Source: Salinispira sp. (lineage in GTDB: Bacteria > Spirochaetota > Spirochaetia > DSM-27196 > Salinispiraceae). Taken from it: a stretch of 64,000 nt of DNA. The notes beneath the pieces are model-generated. The model did not search any database. It saw only the letters and a program-made list of their open reading frames with translations, and was not told the origin of the DNA. The position numbers and the translations under genes are program-made. Below are positions 9,852 to 19,684 of the stretch, one piece after another (position 1 is the first letter of the stretch; each line of letters opens with the position of its first letter). The stretch lies in the NCBI GenBank assembly GCA_965602015.1, contig OZ271918.1, forward strand, positions 3,584,001 through 3,648,000. The letters run 5' to 3'.

Positions 9852-9976
9852 TAGACAATGGTGCCCTTATTCCGGGCGGCGGTCAATGCTTTGCCTGGAC
9901 AACGTCGCATTGGCATGGCGACCCTATGGAGGGGTAGCGTTTACCTCATAAAAAACGTTTTTTGGATCGGTTCTTC

Positions 9977-11977
9977 TTATTGGGTCTGTTCAGGACAGGC
10001 ATCGAGGGGCCATCTGACCTCAAACATGCTGCCCTCTCCCGGCCTGCTGTGAACGCGAATTTCGCCGCCAAGACTCTGCTCCACCAGATTCTTTACAATG
10101 CTTAATCCCAGTCCGGTTCCCCCGTCGGTCGGCCGGGTTGTGAAAAACGTTTCGAAGGCCCGGTCCCGTACCTCTTCGCTCATACCGGCCCCGTCGTCGG
10201 TAATTCGCAGCACAACTGATTCGTCGTCAAGCTCGGCGCTAATGCTGACATTGCCTTCTTCCCCGTCGGGGTATGCGTGGGCAAGGGTGTTGAGCAGCAG
10301 GTTAGAAATAATCTGCCATACTGCGCCGGGCAATAACCGGGTGGCCGGAATGTGGCTGAGGTGCATATCAAGGCTGACGGCGCTGCGCGTGAAGCGCGGA
10401 GCCAAACTTTCCACAACCCGGGGAATGTACTCTTCAAGGCTCACACAGCGTTTTTCCTCGACCATTTGGTCCCGTGCGCTGTTGCGGAAGTTATCTAGGA
10501 GCCGGTCCGCCCTGGCCAGACTTTCGGTCACCCCGGCGAGTCCGTTCTCGCTTTTATCCAGATAGTCCTTCATCGATGATAGCGTCAGGGCGCGTTGACC
10601 GAGTTCCCCTTGTATTCTCCGGGATTCCTCCTGGAGAAAGCTTGCTGCCAGCATGGCGTTGCCGATGGGAGTGCGCACCTCATGGTGCACCCCGGCCACC
10701 AAACTTCCGATGAGGGCCAGGCGTTCGTTTGCCAACAGTTGCTTTTCGCTGAGTTCAAGGGTCCGGATGTTCTGCTCAAGCACAGCAGTCTGGGCTGCGA
10801 TGGTCCGGCGGGCTTTGACGAAATTTGCGGCATATGCCAGGAAAATGATGACGATAAATACAGTGAGGCCCATGAGGTTTGTGTAAACCACCGGAGTGAT
10901 CCCCCGCGAAGCGAGAATAACATCCCGGCCGGCGCTAATGACGATTATCATGATGCCGGCCATCAGCGCCCACCGGGCATCGAGTCCTCGGCGAATCCCG
11001 ACCACGCCCAGGGCAATGGAATACACGAGCATCGGTGCGGTAAGTCCAAGGTATACAACTGTGTCGTTAAGAAATACTGCCTGGGCGATAGTTCCTGCAC
11101 TGCCAATCAGTATCAGGGCTGCAACTGTTCCGCCGATGAAGAGGTTGCGAACCCAGGACCTTTGGTGGATTTCGACGAATTCCTGCACAAACAACACCAT
11201 CCCCAATACCCCGATGTGGAGCCCAAAAACCTGAATTTTGAACATTGTCAGATAGGAAAAAGGACTGCGAAGCACAAAGAGGATGGTGGCATTGACCGCA
11301 AAGCCCAGGGAGGCAAATGCCATAAAGGCTCTGCCGCTTTTATCAGGCTCCATGATAAAAATCACCATAAAATACAGGAATGTCAGCACCCCGATAGCGC
11401 TGACCGCGAGACCCTGTCCGCGATTGACCAGGCTTTCAAGGCGGGCCCGGGGCGCCACATGCTTCCACTCTCCCACCGTCATTGTCCCGTAGGTGATGAT
11501 GTTTTTCCTGCTGTAGGTTCTGATTGTGAGATTAAGGGATTCCCCGCCTGCAATCAGATCATCGGGAATCAGAATGGCGTGGGAGAAGAACATATTGCTA
11601 TAATACTTGTCCGGCGGGCCGCTGCCGCTTATCAGGATCAGGCGACCGTTTATAAACACCCGGGAGTAATCCGGCAGGCGGCCAATATATATGCCCGGTT
11701 GAGATAATCCTGAAAATGCGTGTGCCGGGATTTCTCTTTGAAGCCATATGGTATGTGCCCCACCGGGAGGAAGCAAAAACCGCGGTGCAGGAAGCTGGAC
11801 ACACTCCGGAATTTCGTCAACGGGAAAGCGATCGGAGATCGGGTCGGCGGTAATGGCAAGCAGCCAGCTGCCATCGAGGTCATACTCCCCTTCAACTGAT
11901 TCCCTCGTACCGGCGGCAAACAATGGACCGCTGAGCAGTAGCAACAGTAAATAAAGCCATACGACGGTCCGACTCAC
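9977..11977 (-). CDS. Membrane sensor histidine kinase (extracellular beta domain plus 7TM)
   Basis: LVAGVHHEVRTPIG H-box, NLLLNTLAHA N-box, DDGAGM, FFTTR..GGTGLGL. Confidence 0.9.
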   Translation of the reverse strand: MSRTVVWLYLLLLLLSGPLFAAGTRESVEGEYDLDGSWLLAITADPISDRFPVDEIPECVQLPAPRFLLPPGGAHTIWLQREIPAHAFSGLSQPGIYIGRLPDYSRVFINGRLILISGSGPPDKYYSNMFFSHAILIPDDLIAGGESLNLTIRTYSRKNIITYGTMTVGEWKHVAPRARLESLVNRGQGLAVSAIGVLTFLYFMVIFIMEPDKSGRAFMAFASLGFAVNATILFVLRSPFSYLTMFKIQVFGLHIGVLGMVLFVQEFVEIHQRSWVRNLFIGGTVAALILIGSAGTIAQAVFLNDTVVYLGLTAPMLVYSIALGVVGIRRGLDARWALMAGIMIIVISAGRDVILASRGITPVVYTNLMGLTVFIVIIFLAYAANFVKARRTIAAQTAVLEQNIRTLELSEKQLLANERLALIGSLVAGVHHEVRTPIGNAMLAASFLQEESRRIQGELGQRALTLSSMKDYLDKSENGLAGVTESLARADRLLDNFRNSARDQMVEEKRCVSLEEYIPRVVESLAPRFTRSAVSLDMHLSHIPATRLLPGAVWQIISNLLLNTLAHAYPDGEEGNVSISAELDDESVVLRITDDGAGMSEEVRDRAFETFFTTRPTDGGTGLGLSIVKNLVEQSLGGEIRVHSRPGEGSMFEVRWPLDACPEQTQ

Positions 11978-12047
11978 ATCATTTCCTCGCTATTTTATAT
12001 GTAGAAAAATAGCATAAGTGAACAGACAGCGCAGCATACAGTCGATA

Positions 12048-12082
12048 AAACCGCACCTCTATTAGCAATAAAAGGTGCGGTT
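12048..12082 (-). terminator. Intrinsic terminator after ferritin
   Basis: AACCGCACCT...AGGTGCGGTT inverted repeat. Confidence 0.65.
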
Positions 12083-12105
12083 GTCTGCTCTCAGTATTTC
12101 GAAGG

Positions 12106-12615
12106 CTACTCCGCTGGAGCTGCCGGTGTAGATCCGGCGAGTTCGGCATCGAGGACCATCAATCCAACAGGGGAGTACTCGGTGAGCTTCATCCTTTTCA
12201 GAAGAGTTCCCACGACCATTTCCTCCTCTTTTTGCTCTTCTACAAACCAGTCCAGGAGAATAATTGAGGTCTTATCGTTTTCCTCGCTCGCAAGGTCGTG
12301 AATTTCATGGATTTTGGAGGTAAGCCACTGCTCGTGAGCCATCGCGGCTTCGACGGCTTCCTTCACACCGTCCCAGCTTTTATCGGTCATATCAACCTTG
12401 CTGAGACTGACCTTCGCGTCCTTATCTTTCAGATACTCGATAATCTTCTCAGCGTGGCCATATTCTTCCCGGGCGTGCTGGTCCATCCAGGCAGAGAACC
12501 CAAGGTAGCCCTTGTCATACAGGTCCAGGGCAATGGCCCGGTACAGGAAATGGGCGGTAAACTCCCGGCCAATTTGCTGGTTGAGTGCTTTATGTAGTTT
12601 TTCGCTGAGCTTCAT
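12106..12615 (-). CDS. ftnA: Ferritin (non-heme)
   Basis: ALNQQIGREF, EEYGHA, HEQ, LDWFVEEQKEEE ferroxidase motifs; AAGGAG RBS. Confidence 0.92.
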   Translation of the reverse strand: MKLSEKLHKALNQQIGREFTAHFLYRAIALDLYDKGYLGFSAWMDQHAREEYGHAEKIIEYLKDKDAKVSLSKVDMTDKSWDGVKEAVEAAMAHEQWLTSKIHEIHDLASEENDKTSIILLDWFVEEQKEEEMVVGTLLKRMKLTEYSPVGLMVLDAELAGSTPAAPAE

Positions 12616-13392
12616 ATATGTCTCCTTGTTGTGTGCGCGTATTAATTAAAAGATAGGTGCTGACCATGGTTGAGTCAAGAATTCAATCTGCCCAGGCGGA
12701 GCAGATATACCTTGGTCCGGGGCTAAGCCAGGAGCGATGCGTTCAATGCCCGGGGTAACTATCATGAAAGACCTGAATAAAAGCCCGGATGCCGGGTGTG
12801 TCGGTTTTTACTTGTTCACCCGATCTATCAGGTTGATATTTGCCTATTTTTGCTCTGCTTTGGTATTTTTCATCCATGGACAGCATCAGCAGCATTCCGA
12901 CAGTTTCAGCCCGCGTGGTGTACCGCAATTCCATTTCGCTGGGATCATATGCAATCAGGCCGACAAATTTTTATCCGCGATATGGTGAGGCGAATGACCA
13001 AGTCGACCCTGTCTCTCCCGTTGTTCCGGCTGCCTTTCAGGAGGTAGTTCCCCGGTACCGCACCTCGACCAGCGAAACCAGGGATTTGGGTACCGGTCCC
13101 CTCTATGAAGGTCAGCTGATAAATATTCTTGTGTGAAAAGTGGTTTTACCATGGCTAACTCTAATGTGAACTCTTCAGTGATGGGTCTGCTGCACCATAT
13201 ACTTCCATCAGAGCGAAAATAGGAAGTAATCAAGGAACCGTCGGATTTTTTGTATTCAATGCGAAAAACCTGGCCGGGTTCAATGATCATGGGATAGTTG
13301 CCGTAAGGAAGCTTGGCAAGACTATAAAATCATATCTCTCATACTGAAGATCTCTTTGTGATAGATTTTGCTATGAAGGTGAAATTGTATTC

Positions 13393-14127
13393 ATGATCAA
13401 CAATGGTATTGGCATTTATTTCGATCGCAGTGTGGTCAGAAGTATTGTGAAGGTAATCTGGATATCTTTGCTTATGCTCATTGTGTTTGTCCAGACATCG
13501 TGTAATGGTAGATTACGAGACCCGGTTGAGTTAACAGAAGAAGAGTTCGATATTTTTTTATCTGTTATACTTGAAACAGAATTTGGTGATTATCTGGATG
13601 AAAAGGTAACCAAATGGTCTGAAGATATGCATATCTACGTGTTGGGTAACCCTGAGCAATACCTCAATCGTGAACTGAAAAAAGTGATATCCGAGCTCAA
13701 TGTATTGGTAAAACCTCTGATGTTAAAATTGGTGAATACCGTATCGGCTGCTAATTTTTTTGTTGTATTTGGCTCAGTCGAGAATTACATAAAAATAGAC
13801 CCATCATCAATTGGCCTTATAGAGGATAGTAATGGATTAGCTAGTATTGCAATCAACGATCATGATGAAATAGAACGTGGTGCTATGTATGTAGCTACGG
13901 TTTCGACCACGGTAACAGAACAGAAACATGCAATCAGAGAGGAGTTGACTCAATCACTTGGTCTTACAAATGATATATATGACTTCCCGGAGTCCATTTT
14001 TTATGAACCGTGGAGTACGGTTACTGAGTTCACTGAGTTAGATCGCAAGTTTATCAGATTATTATATAGCCCAGAGATAAATAGCGGAGATGATGCGGAT
14101 ACAATCAGATCAAGGATTATGAACTAA
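13393..14127 (+). CDS. DUF2927-like lipoprotein (true start probably later)
   Basis: KW...IYVLG, IREELTQSLGLTND...ESIFY...TELDRKFIRLLY; AT-rich relative to flanks. Confidence 0.75.
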   Translation: MINNGIGIYFDRSVVRSIVKVIWISLLMLIVFVQTSCNGRLRDPVELTEEEFDIFLSVILETEFGDYLDEKVTKWSEDMHIYVLGNPEQYLNRELKKVISELNVLVKPLMLKLVNTVSAANFFVVFGSVENYIKIDPSSIGLIEDSNGLASIAINDHDEIERGAMYVATVSTTVTEQKHAIREELTQSLGLTNDIYDFPESIFYEPWSTVTEFTELDRKFIRLLYSPEINSGDDADTIRSRIMN

Positions 14128-14257
14128 AATTTCTTGTACAGTCAGATTTTTCAAAAGTGGTCATAAGCAGTGAGACTTGGCGTTTGTTCATATGCGGATT
14201 TAATCACAGGCCCCCATCCCGGAATCGATTTCGTTCCGGGAATAGTGGGCAGCCAGA

Positions 14258-15565
14258 CTAGGGCGTTAGCCTCTTCCCGTCCCGGGGAAAAAGACTGGCC
14301 ATTCTGATATTCGGCAATTCTAAAAGCGACTGAATCCAGCGCTCAAGACCGATGGCAAAACCGCCGTGGGGCGGCATACCGGCATCGAATGCTTCGAGGT
14401 AGGATGCAAAGCCCGAAGGATCCATTCCCCGGGATTCCATCGCCCGCAGATATTGGTCCTTCCGATGCAGCCTCTGACCGCCGGTTATCAGCTCCTGACC
14501 GCGGAATAGCACGTCAAAGCTGCGGCTGCGGTCTGGGTTATCGAGGTCGGGATGGGTATAAAACGGACGCTTACTCATGGGATAGTACTCCACGAACAGA
14601 AAGTCGCTGTGGTGCTTCTCAAGCGACCACTGACCTAGGGCTGCCTCCGCTGCCGGCGAAAGGTCCGCAACCCTGGTCTCTGCCCCGAGTTCTCCGGCAA
14701 GCGCCAGGGCTTCGCTGAAGTCCAGCCTGGGAATTCGATCCGGCACTTGGGGCCAGGCAACGGGAAAGCGCTCGTCCCAGTCCAGCACCAGTTCGTACAA
14801 CCGTTTGGCCATGAATGCAATAAGGCGGTTCGCCAGTTCCATCACATCACCATGATCCCGGATAAAACCAATTTCCACGTCCAGGGAAGTATATTCATTC
14901 AGATGCCGGGAGCTAGCATGGGGTTCGGCCCGAAACACCGGTCCGGTTTCGTATACCTTCTCGAAGACCCCGACCATTATCTGTTTGTGCACCTGGGGGC
15001 TCTGAGCAAGAAATGCCGGAGTACCGAAGTAATTCAGGGCAAACACATCACTCCCTCCTTCCATGGTTCCGGCGTTGAGTTTCGGCGTATGTATCTCGGT
15101 GAATCCTTCGGCATCTAAAAAGCTGCGGAAAATCCCAACACTGACCGATGCAAGCCGGTGGCGAAAACGCAGCTGGGGCCTGCGCAGCACCAAGGCGGCG
15201 TGGTCCAAAATACCGTTCTGATGCAGGGCCAATTCCTTTTTAGAGATATCGATGGATATTTCATTCGAGCCTGAGCCCTCATAGCGAATGGCCTCGGCAA
15301 TGAACTCGCAGCCCGAATCGGTCTGTTCGCTGGCGACCACGGTTCCCAGCAGCTCTACGGCACTCCCCCGGGGAATTTGATCCAGACGCGCTCTCACCCG
15401 CTGATCAATAAACACCGCCTGAGCGACGGATTTACCGTCCCTCATGGTGGCGAAACTTATGGTTTTCTGTTTCCTGACCCGGTACAGCCAAGCGCAAAGA
15501 ATGGCCTTCTGTCCGATACGATATTCCATGCCGGTTATTTCTATTCGTTTCATCCTGTTCTCCAA
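14258..15565 (-). CDS. aspS: Archaeal-type, probably non-discriminating aspartyl-tRNA synthetase
   Basis: 435 aa, OB fold, FTEIHTPK, EGGSDVF, LAQSPQ, FRAE, ELITGGQR, PPHGGFAIGLER; no GAD insertion. Confidence 0.9.
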   Translation of the reverse strand: MENRMKRIEITGMEYRIGQKAILCAWLYRVRKQKTISFATMRDGKSVAQAVFIDQRVRARLDQIPRGSAVELLGTVVASEQTDSGCEFIAEAIRYEGSGSNEISIDISKKELALHQNGILDHAALVLRRPQLRFRHRLASVSVGIFRSFLDAEGFTEIHTPKLNAGTMEGGSDVFALNYFGTPAFLAQSPQVHKQIMVGVFEKVYETGPVFRAEPHASSRHLNEYTSLDVEIGFIRDHGDVMELANRLIAFMAKRLYELVLDWDERFPVAWPQVPDRIPRLDFSEALALAGELGAETRVADLSPAAEAALGQWSLEKHHSDFLFVEYYPMSKRPFYTHPDLDNPDRSRSFDVLFRGQELITGGQRLHRKDQYLRAMESRGMDPSGFASYLEAFDAGMPPHGGFAIGLERWIQSLLELPNIRMASLFPRDGKRLTP

Positions 15566-15602
15566 TATGGTGTTTTTGTCGGCATCGGCCCGCCCCCAGT
15601 GA

Positions 15603-15914
15603 CTATCGGGAGAAGGCCTGAATATCGTCTACAAGTCCATATTCCCAGGCTTCAAGAATCGGAAGCCGTTCCTCCCGGCGCCTGAAGTAATGTACCGCGT
15701 AATTCCGCTGCATGCCGGTTCCGTGAAACAGGTAGTGGGAAATCCGTTCCTGACCGGTTTCAGCTTCCACGAAACCGAGAGCCATATCGGCGGCTTTGAT
15801 TGCAGTGAGCCCCGTATCTGGATTCAGGAGCTCCATGATCCGATCCACGTCCCCAGCCGTTCCCCGCCGAGCCAGGTCAACGAGGACATTTGATTTGCTT
15901 CGTCCAGACATCAT
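15603..15914 (-). CDS. Hypothetical protein co-transcribed with aspS
   Basis: GAGGAGG RBS, 103 aa ORF between attenuator and aspS. Confidence 0.7.
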   Translation of the reverse strand: MMSGRSKSNVLVDLARRGTAGDVDRIMELLNPDTGLTAIKAADMALGFVEAETGQERISHYLFHGTGMQRNYAVHYFRRREERLPILEAWEYGLVDDIQAFSR

Positions 15915-15959
15915 GTTCCTCCTCTTGAAAGAATATTGCCGGATTTGTCATCCGGACAT

Positions 15960-15990
15960 AAAAAAAGGACGCGATCGATATCGCGTCCTT
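15960..15990 (-). terminator. Attenuator terminator in aspS operon leader
   Basis: AAGGACGCGAT...ATCGCGTCCTT stem followed by a U-run on the minus strand, upstream of the first gene. Confidence 0.8.
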
Positions 15991-16010
15991 CAAGGGTTCG
16001 GAATGCAGGG

Positions 16011-16109
16011 TCAACGTTCACCCGGAATCACCGCCCGACGCGAAAGAAAGAGAAAATCGGAATCATAGTCCATGGAAATGTCGACGCGGGTGTTCACGGG
16101 AAATATCAT
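16011..16109 (-). CDS. Putative Asp-rich leader peptide MIFPVNTRVDISMDYDSDFLFLSRRAVIPGER
   Basis: ATG 7 nt after a -10 box; Asp cluster D..MDYDSD; stop 20 nt before terminator; alternative start at 16073. Confidence 0.65.
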   Translation of the reverse strand: MIFPVNTRVDISMDYDSDFLFLSRRAVIPGER

Positions 16110-16116
16110 AAACGCC

Positions 16117-16145
16117 AGTATCCTCCTGAACGCGGCGATGGTCAA
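16117..16145 (-). promoter_or_regulatory. Sigma70 promoter for leader/aspS operon
   Basis: TTGACC-17bp-GATACT. Confidence 0.65.
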
Positions 16146-16246
16146 GATCTGCATCGGCCGGCTTCGGCCCTTAAATCGCCATCCATGGCGATTTGCCCTC
16201 CAAGTATTCGGGCCAGGACTGCGCTTCAAGACCTTCGTTTAGACAC

Positions 16247-16280
16247 AAAAAAAGCAGATCGGTCTGTGGCCAATCTGCTT
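16247..16280 (-). terminator. Terminator downstream of the displaced tRNA-Leu 3' end (original chromosomal flank)
   Basis: AAGCAGAT...ATCTGCTT stem plus U-run just after the tRNA 3' fragment. Confidence 0.7.
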
Positions 16281-16286
16281 CTTTGA

Positions 16287-16714
16287 TGCCCAGAAGAGGA
16301 CTTGGCCCTATGGTCGCTGACATCCTGTCAGCTCCCGCCGGGCCGCCTCCGTCGCTAAATTGGCATCCCTGCTATTTTGCGCTCGCAGCGCTCGCGCCGG
16401 AGACTGCGCGCAATGTCCGATGGACATGGCCCTCCACGGGGTTGGCCCTGGAAGCATGCTCGAGCAGGAAGCGAAGCTTCCGACCAGGGCCCACTATAAC
16501 CTGAAATATGTGCCTGTCCTTATGTTGTCCATATACAGCTATATACAGCTGCATACTGGGAGCTTATGTCGTCAGCTATCCATATATTGCTTATACGCTC
16601 ATATAAGCGAAAGCTCTTCGAGCTTTCGTACTCTGCGCTCACTCGGCAATGCCCAAGCAGGCATGGTCACTGCGCTCGTATCGCTTGAGTATAAAGGCGT
16701 CGATACTGGCGTCA
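16287..16714 (-). repeat. att copy 1: tRNA-Leu 3' half interrupted by palindromic inserts, plus arm region
   Basis: TGCCCAGAAGAGGACTTG (16287), CCTCCACGGGGTTG (16431), CCCACTATAACCTGAA (to 16505), GGCGTCGATACTGGCGTCA (16696); collinear with 27751-27926. Confidence 0.85.
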
Positions 16715-16718
16715 AAAA

Positions 16719-17033
16719 TCACGATGCCTTTGGGTGAATCTTTTTGTACTCATCCTGATGTTTTTCCTTCGCAATATCCAGATCATAGAGCGACTGTAGA
16801 TTGATCCAGTATTCTGCTGAAGTTCCGAAAAACCTGGAAAACCGAATTGCAGTATCAGCGGTAATCTTGCGCGTGCCATTGATAATTCTGGAAATTCTCA
16901 TTGGATCAACATCGATTCCTTTTGCCAATTCGTATGCAGTCACACCCATGGCATCAAGGAAATCTTCCTTTAGTACTTCTCCGGGAGTAGTCAGTTCAAT
17001 CAGCTCATCGCTGTACTCATTTTTTTCACCCAT
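16719..17033 (-). CDS. higA: HigA family antitoxin (HTH)
   Basis: TPGEVLKEDFL...RISRIINGTRKITADTAIRFSRFFGTSAEYWINLQSLYDL. Confidence 0.92.
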   Translation of the reverse strand: MGEKNEYSDELIELTTPGEVLKEDFLDAMGVTAYELAKGIDVDPMRISRIINGTRKITADTAIRFSRFFGTSAEYWINLQSLYDLDIAKEKHQDEYKKIHPKAS

Positions 17034-17044
17034 ATCACAACACC

Positions 17045-17125
17045 TCAATGATAATCGCAAAATTCCACATCATATGCATGTCCATTTTCCCAGCGGAAGC
17101 ATATGCGCCATTGATCATTACGCAT
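17045..17125 (-). pseudogene. higB: C-terminal remnant of HigB toxin
   Basis: Own translation: RNDQWRICFRWENGHAYDVEFCDYH*; N-terminus lost next to IS. Confidence 0.8.
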
Positions 17126-17236
17126 TATAGCTTCTCAGGCTAATAGCGTGAAGAGCTATTGTTGTCAATCATAGAGGAAAACTTACTGCATGTGTGTCTA
17201 GTCAAATTAGAAAAAATTCTGATATATTCCCCATCC

Positions 17237-18526
17237 ATGTCAAAAAACAGTTCCTACTCCCGCTACTCAACAAGCTTCAAACTCGCAGTAAATCTCGGTA
17301 TTGCCGATCAAGTGGAAATTACATCGCTTCCATCTTCAACCAGGCACAATTTCAGGAATGCCAATTTCACTGATATTGTCGGCAAAGAATATGAAGGGCT
17401 CACTATACGTCTTGAGGAAATTGAAGACATCCTCGATTATAGAACGGCAACAGCAGTAGCGTATTCTATTGCCAGGGTTGCATTCTTCATAAAACAGCTT
17501 GGTAAGAATGCTCACCGGCTGAAAAAGATAAAATCACCTCAAATCCGCGATACCTTCATTGATCTGATAGAACGCACAAAGGTATTCAAACCGGAGAAAC
17601 AGATTCTCAAGTTCTTTGATGTGACACCTCGGCGTTTCAGCCTCTGGAAGGCCAACCCTATCGGGTGCACCAGAGCACCCCGCTTTGAGTGTGTTGCATC
17701 TTATCCGACCCAGCTGACCAATAATGAAATTGCCAAAATCGTAAAAGTATTCCGGGATCCGATCAAATCTGCATGGTCTGCATTTGCAATAGCCGCAACT
17801 CTGGTTCGGGAGCGGATTGTCATCTCCAGCATCCCGACTATTTTGAGGTATGCCCGTGATCTGGGGCTGCATAAACGGAAAGTTAAAAAGAAGAAGCAGA
17901 GGCGCGGCAGCATTGAAGCTGAGGATGTGGATGAAGTATGGCACATGGATTTTACGCAGGTAAAATCCAAAGAGGGGATAGTTCATTATCTGCATATTCT
18001 GATTTATAATTAGCCACGCAAAATTCTGACCTGGCATCTGTACACCAAACTCAGAGCCCGGACTTCTCGCGTTGTCACGAAAAAGGCAATAGACCAGATG
18101 GCTGACAGAAAAAAGTCGGCTATGCCGGTTACCGACGGCGGAAGTGAATTCGATAATTTAATGATGCGGGCGAAATTGGCTGGAACAGGTTTGGAACTTA
18201 TAATTACCGGGAAGGATGTTGAGTTTTCCAGTTCAATGGTTGAGGCTGTATGCAAATCTCTGAAGTACCGGCATATCTTCCCTCGGGAAGTTTCGACGGC
18301 AAATCGGCTATGGGAAACATTGAATCATTATAGTGAGGAGTACACTTGTCGGCCCCATACAAAACTAAAAGGCCCAACTCCCATTGATTTTTATGCCGGA
18401 TATGAACTTGATGAAGAGCTGTACAAGCTTCTCATGTCGGATTCCCGAGAGAAACGGATTGCTGTTAATAAGAAATCTTGTCCACCGTGCCAGGTTGTTG
18501 TCAACACCGGTGTATCCATTCGATGA
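17237..18526 (+). pseudogene. rve-type DDE transposase (IS3/IS481-like) with in-frame TAG at 18011-18013
   Basis: WHMDFT, TDGGSEF, SMVEA..KSLK, RPH..LKG.TP; both ORF pieces in the same frame. Confidence 0.8.
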
Positions 18527-18736
18527 GCCCGTAGTCGAGATCCAGGTATATAGAGGACAGGAAATTGATAATACCTGTAAAGCAGGTACGTGCAGTAAGG
18601 TGAAATCCGGAGGAGATTGTAGTTCATGCTCGGATTAAGATGGGTAGTTGGAAATTTACCTAATTTTTATACTGCAGGTATGGAGACGGAGAGTGTTCTA
18701 AAATTGGGACGAAAGGGAGATTATCGTTATGAATGT

Positions 18737-19056
18737 TGCCCGGCTGACATCCTGTCAACTCCCGTTGAGCCGCCTCCGTCGCTAAAATGGCATCCCTGCC
18801 ATTTTGCGCTCGCAGCGCTCGCGCCTGAGGCTGCGCGCAATGTCCGTTGGATATTGCCCTCCACGGGGTTGGCCATGGCAGCATGCCCGAGCAGGAAGCG
18901 AAGCTTCCGACCAGGGCCCACTAGAACCTGAATTATGTGCGTGTCCTTATGTGGTTCATATACAGCTGTATAGAGCCGCATAACAGGAGCTTGTGCCGTC
19001 GGCCATCTATATAGAGCTTTTGGGCTTATATAACAAAGGCGTCAATACTGGCGTCA
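18737..19056 (-). repeat. att copy 2: tRNA-Leu 3' half with palindromic inserts, plus arm region
   Basis: TGCCC...CCTCCACGGGGTT...CCCACTAGAACCTGAA, then arm ending GGCGTCAATACTGGCGTCA. Confidence 0.85.
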
Positions 19057-19057
19057 T

Positions 19058-19309
19058 TTATTTGGCATAATGCTCAGTGTAATTATCGAGCACTTTTCTG
19101 ATGAGCTGTTGATATGGGATGTCATTTTTTTCAGCTGCATCCTTAAAAAAATCTACACTGCGCTTTGATAGTAGAATAGTGATTTTGCGAGTTTCTTCCT
19201 TAGCAATCAGCTGCTCCGGAGGAGGCAAAAAATCCTCAACTACCTCACCTTGCAGGATTGCATCCTGAATTTCCTCAGGGGCATCAGTGTAATGTATTTT
19301 GCTCTTCAT
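19058..19309 (-). CDS. BrnA/CopG-like antitoxin
   Basis: EDFLPPPEQL...KITILLSKRSVDFFK..A...IPYQQLIRKVLDNY; overlaps toxin gene. Confidence 0.85.
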   Translation of the reverse strand: MKSKIHYTDAPEEIQDAILQGEVVEDFLPPPEQLIAKEETRKITILLSKRSVDFFKDAAEKNDIPYQQLIRKVLDNYTEHYAK

Positions 19310-19565
19310 ATTTCTCTCTCCCTTGTCTCCAGAAACCAGCGCCGAAGATTCGGATATTTTGATTCCTCATGGTAAATCGTACTGTTACGATCCCGCCATT
19401 ATCCAATTGCCCTATACAGAAGAAGCGTTCCTCAGTTTGACTATGCTTATCATCCCGGACGATGATTCGATTCTGGTCAAAGAAAGCATATTGGGCATCG
19501 TTGAATGAGATGTTGTGCTTCTGCTGATTCTCAATATTCTTGTTTTCATCCCACTCAAATGTCAT
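19284..19565 (-). CDS. brnT: BrnT family toxin
   Basis: MTFEWDENKN..N..KHNISF..A...F.D...HSQTEERF..IG...VRFT.R...IRIFGA. Confidence 0.92.
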   Translation of the reverse strand: MTFEWDENKNIENQQKHNISFNDAQYAFFDQNRIIVRDDKHSQTEERFFCIGQLDNGGIVTVRFTMRNQNIRIFGAGFWRQGREKYEEQNTLH

Positions 19566-19684
19566 ATTTCAAATATACCATATTTTTAGCCATATACCAA
19601 TATGGTTTGTATTGAAGGCTAATGCGATAGCATAAGGTAAGTCAGTAATTCGGAAAAAATTCTGAATTGGATTAATCTATAGGT

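Noticed and set aside
10595..11707. 370-aa plus-strand ORF and the many other antisense ORFs in the track
   Set aside because: Shadows of well-supported genes on the opposite strand
12737..13290. Short ORFs between ferritin and the DUF2927-like gene
   Set aside because: No RBS or recognisable motif and mixed composition; probably decayed fragments
15960..16260. T-box riboswitch upstream of aspS
   Set aside because: No T-box consensus (GGTGGNACC) before the terminator; the leader-peptide model fits better
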